The position numbers were made by a program, and so were the translations under genes. Under the pieces are notes generated by a model. The model did no database searches. It saw only the letters and a list, made by a program, of their open reading frames with translations, and was not told where the DNA came from. A DNA stretch of 64,000 nt from the human T2T-CHM13v2.0 reference genome, Homo sapiens. Shown in pieces: positions 55,976-64,000 of this stretch (the first letter of the stretch is position 1; every line of letters begins with the position of its first letter). Location: the NCBI RefSeq assembly GCF_009914755.1, contig NC_060933.1; one strand, given 5' to 3'.

Positions 55976-58346
55976 GTCCTATAAGTTTAGAGGGAATTTT
56001 CAGTATAGCAGTGGAAATAATAGCAGTTCTTTCTCACAGTGTTGTTGTGAGGCATAAATAAATAATATATGATAATAGTGCTTAGTGCAGAGTAAGTGCT
56101 CAGTAATTGCTAGCTATGATTATTAGGACAGTTATATTTCCAGCATTTTGAACATAATTGATGCCTAGCAATTTTTTGTTGAATAGTTAACAGTCACAAG
56201 AAAAGGTTTCATGAGATAGGTTAGTAGTTGAAAAGAAAATATTTTACATTTTACAATGTTTAAATGCAAAGTGTGGAAGAGAAGTAGAATTCAATTTAAA
56301 GGTTTTGTTTCTTTTAAATCTAGCAAACTTTTCTGGTGTGAGATGTGATTATTATTGACTCAAATGAAGCTTTCGGTTTTAGCTTCAGGTGTGAGTTTTG
56401 CTCATTTTCCTTGCTGCCAGGAAGTAATGCCTGTACTGATAGTTTGAGAGGGAAGTCATACTTTTGAAATGCACCACATTCTAAAGGTAGTTCATTATCC
56501 TCACAACTGTAAATGAAACCCACATCCTTTTCTTCTGGCCAAGGTAATGGTAAAAACACCGCAGAAAATACATTTTGTAAGCATGTATTTTATACACTTT
56601 GGTCAAAGGGACATTGTTGTGAGAATCACATGTTTAGAGTGGGTGGATGAGGCAGAAGAACTACAGCTTTAGTAGCATCAGATACCAATGTGGAGCTCTA
56701 TCTATTTGTGAATGGGGAGTCTGAGGAGGGGGTAGAGTAGGAAGGCTAGAAAGGCTGGGGAAGGAGAGATGTGAGGAATTCAATGGAACCAAGGTTAAGG
56801 CAGTAGGAATAACTGAAAGCATGATAAATCATGGTCTATTGGAGTAAATCTAAGGTTTACACATCAGGGAAAGAACTTATAAACAACACTTGTGGTGATA
56901 CTGGCAAGGATACTGGAGACTGGGTCAGAGTTAAGAGTTCAGAGCTGAGTAAAGAACATGAGGATGTGACAGCACACACCTGATGGCCTAACTCTCTTTA
57001 TGTGTGCAGATCATGCATGGCAAGTCCACTGCTAAAGCAGACCAAGCAGCTTAATACTCTGAGGCAGGACACATTAATTCCTGAGGCAAGTCTTGCTATA
57101 TGTAAGCAGAAGACTCATATCAGTTTGGAAGGCATGAGAAATTCTCATAAACAAGAGGCTTCATCTTCTATAATAAGATATTTATGTACTACTGTCTACT
57201 CAAATATATAGCAGAATAAGAGACCAAAATTGAAATTAAACAAGAGAAGTATCATCGTATCCCATCATAATTGTCTTCTCCACCTCTGTCCCCAACTATG
57301 ATGAGGAACATGTTACAGGATGTATCAATGGTAGGAGCAATATTTTAGATGGCAAGTTTTTGTAGATTGATGTTGACACAAGTTATACAAATAATTGATT
57401 TCTGCATTTACAACTGAGGTATGGGTTCATCTCACTGGGGCTTGTCAAACAGTGGGTGCAGGACAGTGGGTGCAGTGCACCGAGTGTGAGCCGAAGCAGG
57501 GTGAGGCATCGCCTCACCAGGGAAGCACAAGGGGTCAGGGAATTCCCTTTCCTAGCCAAGCAAAGCTGTGACAGATGGCACCTGGAAAATTGGGTCACTC
57601 CCACCCTAATACTGTGCTTTTCCAGTGGTCTTAGCAAACGGCACACCAGGAGATTATATCCTGCGTGTAGCTTGGAGGGTCCCACGCCCATGGAGCTTCA
57701 CTCATTGCTAGCACAGCAGTCTGAGATCGAACTGCAAGGTGGCAGTGAGGCTAGGGGAGGGGCGCCCGCCATTGCTGAGGCTTGAGTAGGTAAACAAAGC
57801 AGCCAGGAAGCTTGAACTGGGTGAAGCCCACCGCAGCTCAAGGAGGCCTGCCTGCCTCTGTAGAGTCCACCTCTGGGGGCAGGGCATAGCCAAACAAAAG
57901 GCAGCAGAAACCTCTGCAGACTTAAATGTCCCTGTCTGACAGCTTTGAAGAGAGTAGTGGTTCTCCCAGCACGCAGCTGGAGATCTGAGAAAGGACAGAC
58001 TGCCTCCTCATGTGGGTCCCTGACCCCGAGTTGCCTAACTGGGAGGCACCCCCCAGTAGGGGCAGACTGACACCTCACACGGCCGGGTACCCCTCTGAGA
58101 TGGAACTTCCGGAGAAATGACCAGGCAGCAACATTTGCTGTTCAGCAATATTCGCTGTTCTGCAGCCTCCGCTGCTGATACCCAGGCAAACAGGGTCTGG
58201 AGTGGACCTCCAGCAAACTCCAACAGACCTGCAGCTGAGGGTCCTGACTGTTAGAAGGAAAACTAACAAACAGAAAGGACATCCACACCAAAACCCCATC
58301 TGTACGTCACCATCATCAAAGACCAAAGGTAGGTAAAACCACAAAG

Positions 58347-59363
58347 ATGGGGAAAAAACAGAGCAGAAAAGCTGAAAATTCTCCAAATCAGAGCGCCTCT
58401 CCCCCTCCAAAGGAACGTAGCTCCTCACCAGCAATGGAACAAAGCTGGATGGAGAATGACTTTGACAAGTTGAGAGAAGTAGGCTTCAGATAATCAAACT
58501 TCTCCGAGCTAAAGGAGGAAGTTCAAACCCATTGCAAAGAAGCTAAAAATCTTGAAAAAAGATTAGACGAATGACTAACTAGAATAACCAGTGTAGAGAA
58601 GTCCTTAAAGGACCTGATGGAGCTGAAAACCATGGCACGAGAAATATGTGACGAATGCACAAGCTTCAGTAGCTGATTCAATCAACTGGAAGAAAGGGTA
58701 TCAGTGATTGAAGATCAAATGAATGAAATGAAGCGAGAAGAGAAGTTTAGAGAAAACAGAGTAAAAAGAAACGAACAAAGCCTCCAAGAAATATGGAACT
58801 ATGTGAAAAGACCAAATCTACAACTGATTGGTGTACCTGAAAGTGATAGGGAGAATGGAACCAAGTCGGAAAACACTCTGCAGGATATTATCCAGGAGAA
58901 CTTCCCCAACCTAGCAAGGCAGGCCAACATTCAAATTCAGGAAATACAGAGAATGCCATAAAGATACTCCTTGAGAAGAGCAACTCCAAGACACATAATT
59001 GTCAGATTCACCAAAGTTGAAATGAAGGAAAAAATGTTAAGGGCAGCCAGAGAGAAAGGTTGGGTTACCCACAAAGGGGAGCCCATCAGACTAACAGCAC
59101 ATCTCTCAGCAGAAACTCTACAAGCCAGAAGAGAGTGGGGGCCAATATTCAACATTCTTAAAGAAAACAATTTTCAACCCAGAATTTCATATCCAGCCAA
59201 ACTAAGGTTCGTAAGTGAAGGAGAAATAAAATCCTTTACAGGCAAGCAAATGCTGAGAGATTTTGTCACCACCAGACCTGCCCTACAAGAGCTCCTAAAG
59301 GAAGCACTAAACATGGAAAGGAACAACCGGTACCAGCCACTGCAAAAACATGCCAAATTGTAA
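58347..59363 (+). pseudogene. L1 ORF1p, interrupted by stops
   Basis: ATGGGGAAAAAAC start; fragments 58704-58961 and 58971-59363 ending RYQPLQKHAKL. Confidence 0.92.
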
Positions 59364-59426
59364 AGACCTTCAATGCTAGGAAGGAACTGCATCAACTAAT
59401 GAGCAAAATAACCAGCTAACATCATA

Positions 59427-63227
<3,801 letters not shown>

Positions 63228-64000
63228 ACAATGGGAACACTTGGACACAGGAAGGGGAACATCACATTCCGGGGCCTGTTGTGGGGTGGGTTGAGCGGGG
63301 AGGGATAGCATTAGGAGATATACCTAATGTAAATGATGAGTTAATGGGTGCAGCACACCAACATGGCATATGTATACATATGTAACAGACCTGCACGTTG
63401 TGCACATGTACCCTAGAACTTAAAGTATAATAAAAAAAATTTTTTGTTCCCATTTATCACTGATGGATGCATTGACTTGTTTAACAAGAACAAAGTGCTT
63501 CCTTTAAAATGTGATAAAAAGCATTAAAATTTGTTGAGATTTTTAAAAATCTTGATTTTAATCACAGCTGTTAACCTATTTCTAGAATTCATGTAGTCAC
63601 ATCTAATGTTAATAAAAAAGGAAGAGAATGTGTGCGGGGTCCAGAGGAAGGGAGATAACTCAAAAGCCAGTGATATTTTGCAGTTTAACAATATGAGTAG
63701 TGAGAAAAATTTTCCTCCCTTTGAAGATATAATTCTGTCTGAATTCTTTAGAACAATGTTTTTGTATTTATTAAATATATTTATTAGTAAATACTAAAAT
63801 TATTCCTTTGACATTTTAAAAATTTTATTGTGAAAATCTAACATGTACCAAAAATATGTTAGATTTTTCAGAAAAAAATCTGTACATTTAGATTAGGTTA
63901 TAGAGAAAAATTATAAATTTAGATTTATAGATTATAGTTAAATTTATAGTTATATTATAGAGAAAAAATATGTTAAATTATCATGGACATTCTCAATCAG

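Overview
Human genomic DNA from chr9p21.3 (+ strand). Window position 1 corresponds to roughly hg19 chr9:22,119,706. This placement rests on recalled SNP flanks and exon spacings that fit the window; I ran no alignment. The window starts with the last two exons and poly(A) signals of the lncRNA ANRIL/CDKN2B-AS1. It then covers the coronary-artery-disease SNP cluster, carried here as the risk haplotype (rs10811656-T, rs10757278-G, rs1333049-C), and the type-2-diabetes block (rs10811661-T). The rest is gene desert filled with Alu, L1, L3, MIR, MaLR/ERVL LTR and DNA-transposon remnants, ending in a nearly full-length, decayed L1PA. No intact protein-coding gene, structural RNA gene or CRISPR array is supported. 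The most unexpected structures are: (1) a 2.1-kb GC-rich L1-mediated retrocopy of an unidentified transcript's 3' end, with a perfect 17-bp target-site duplication (TSD), a 36-bp G-rich VNTR and a long open frame; (2) a 103-bp tandem duplication in the T2D block whose junction holds a 27-bp exact copy of sequence 1.7 kb downstream; (3) a textbook splice acceptor inside the CAD enhancer, with a risk-linked SNP in its branch-point motif; (4) a MADE1 hairpin whose two arms carry matching substitutions.
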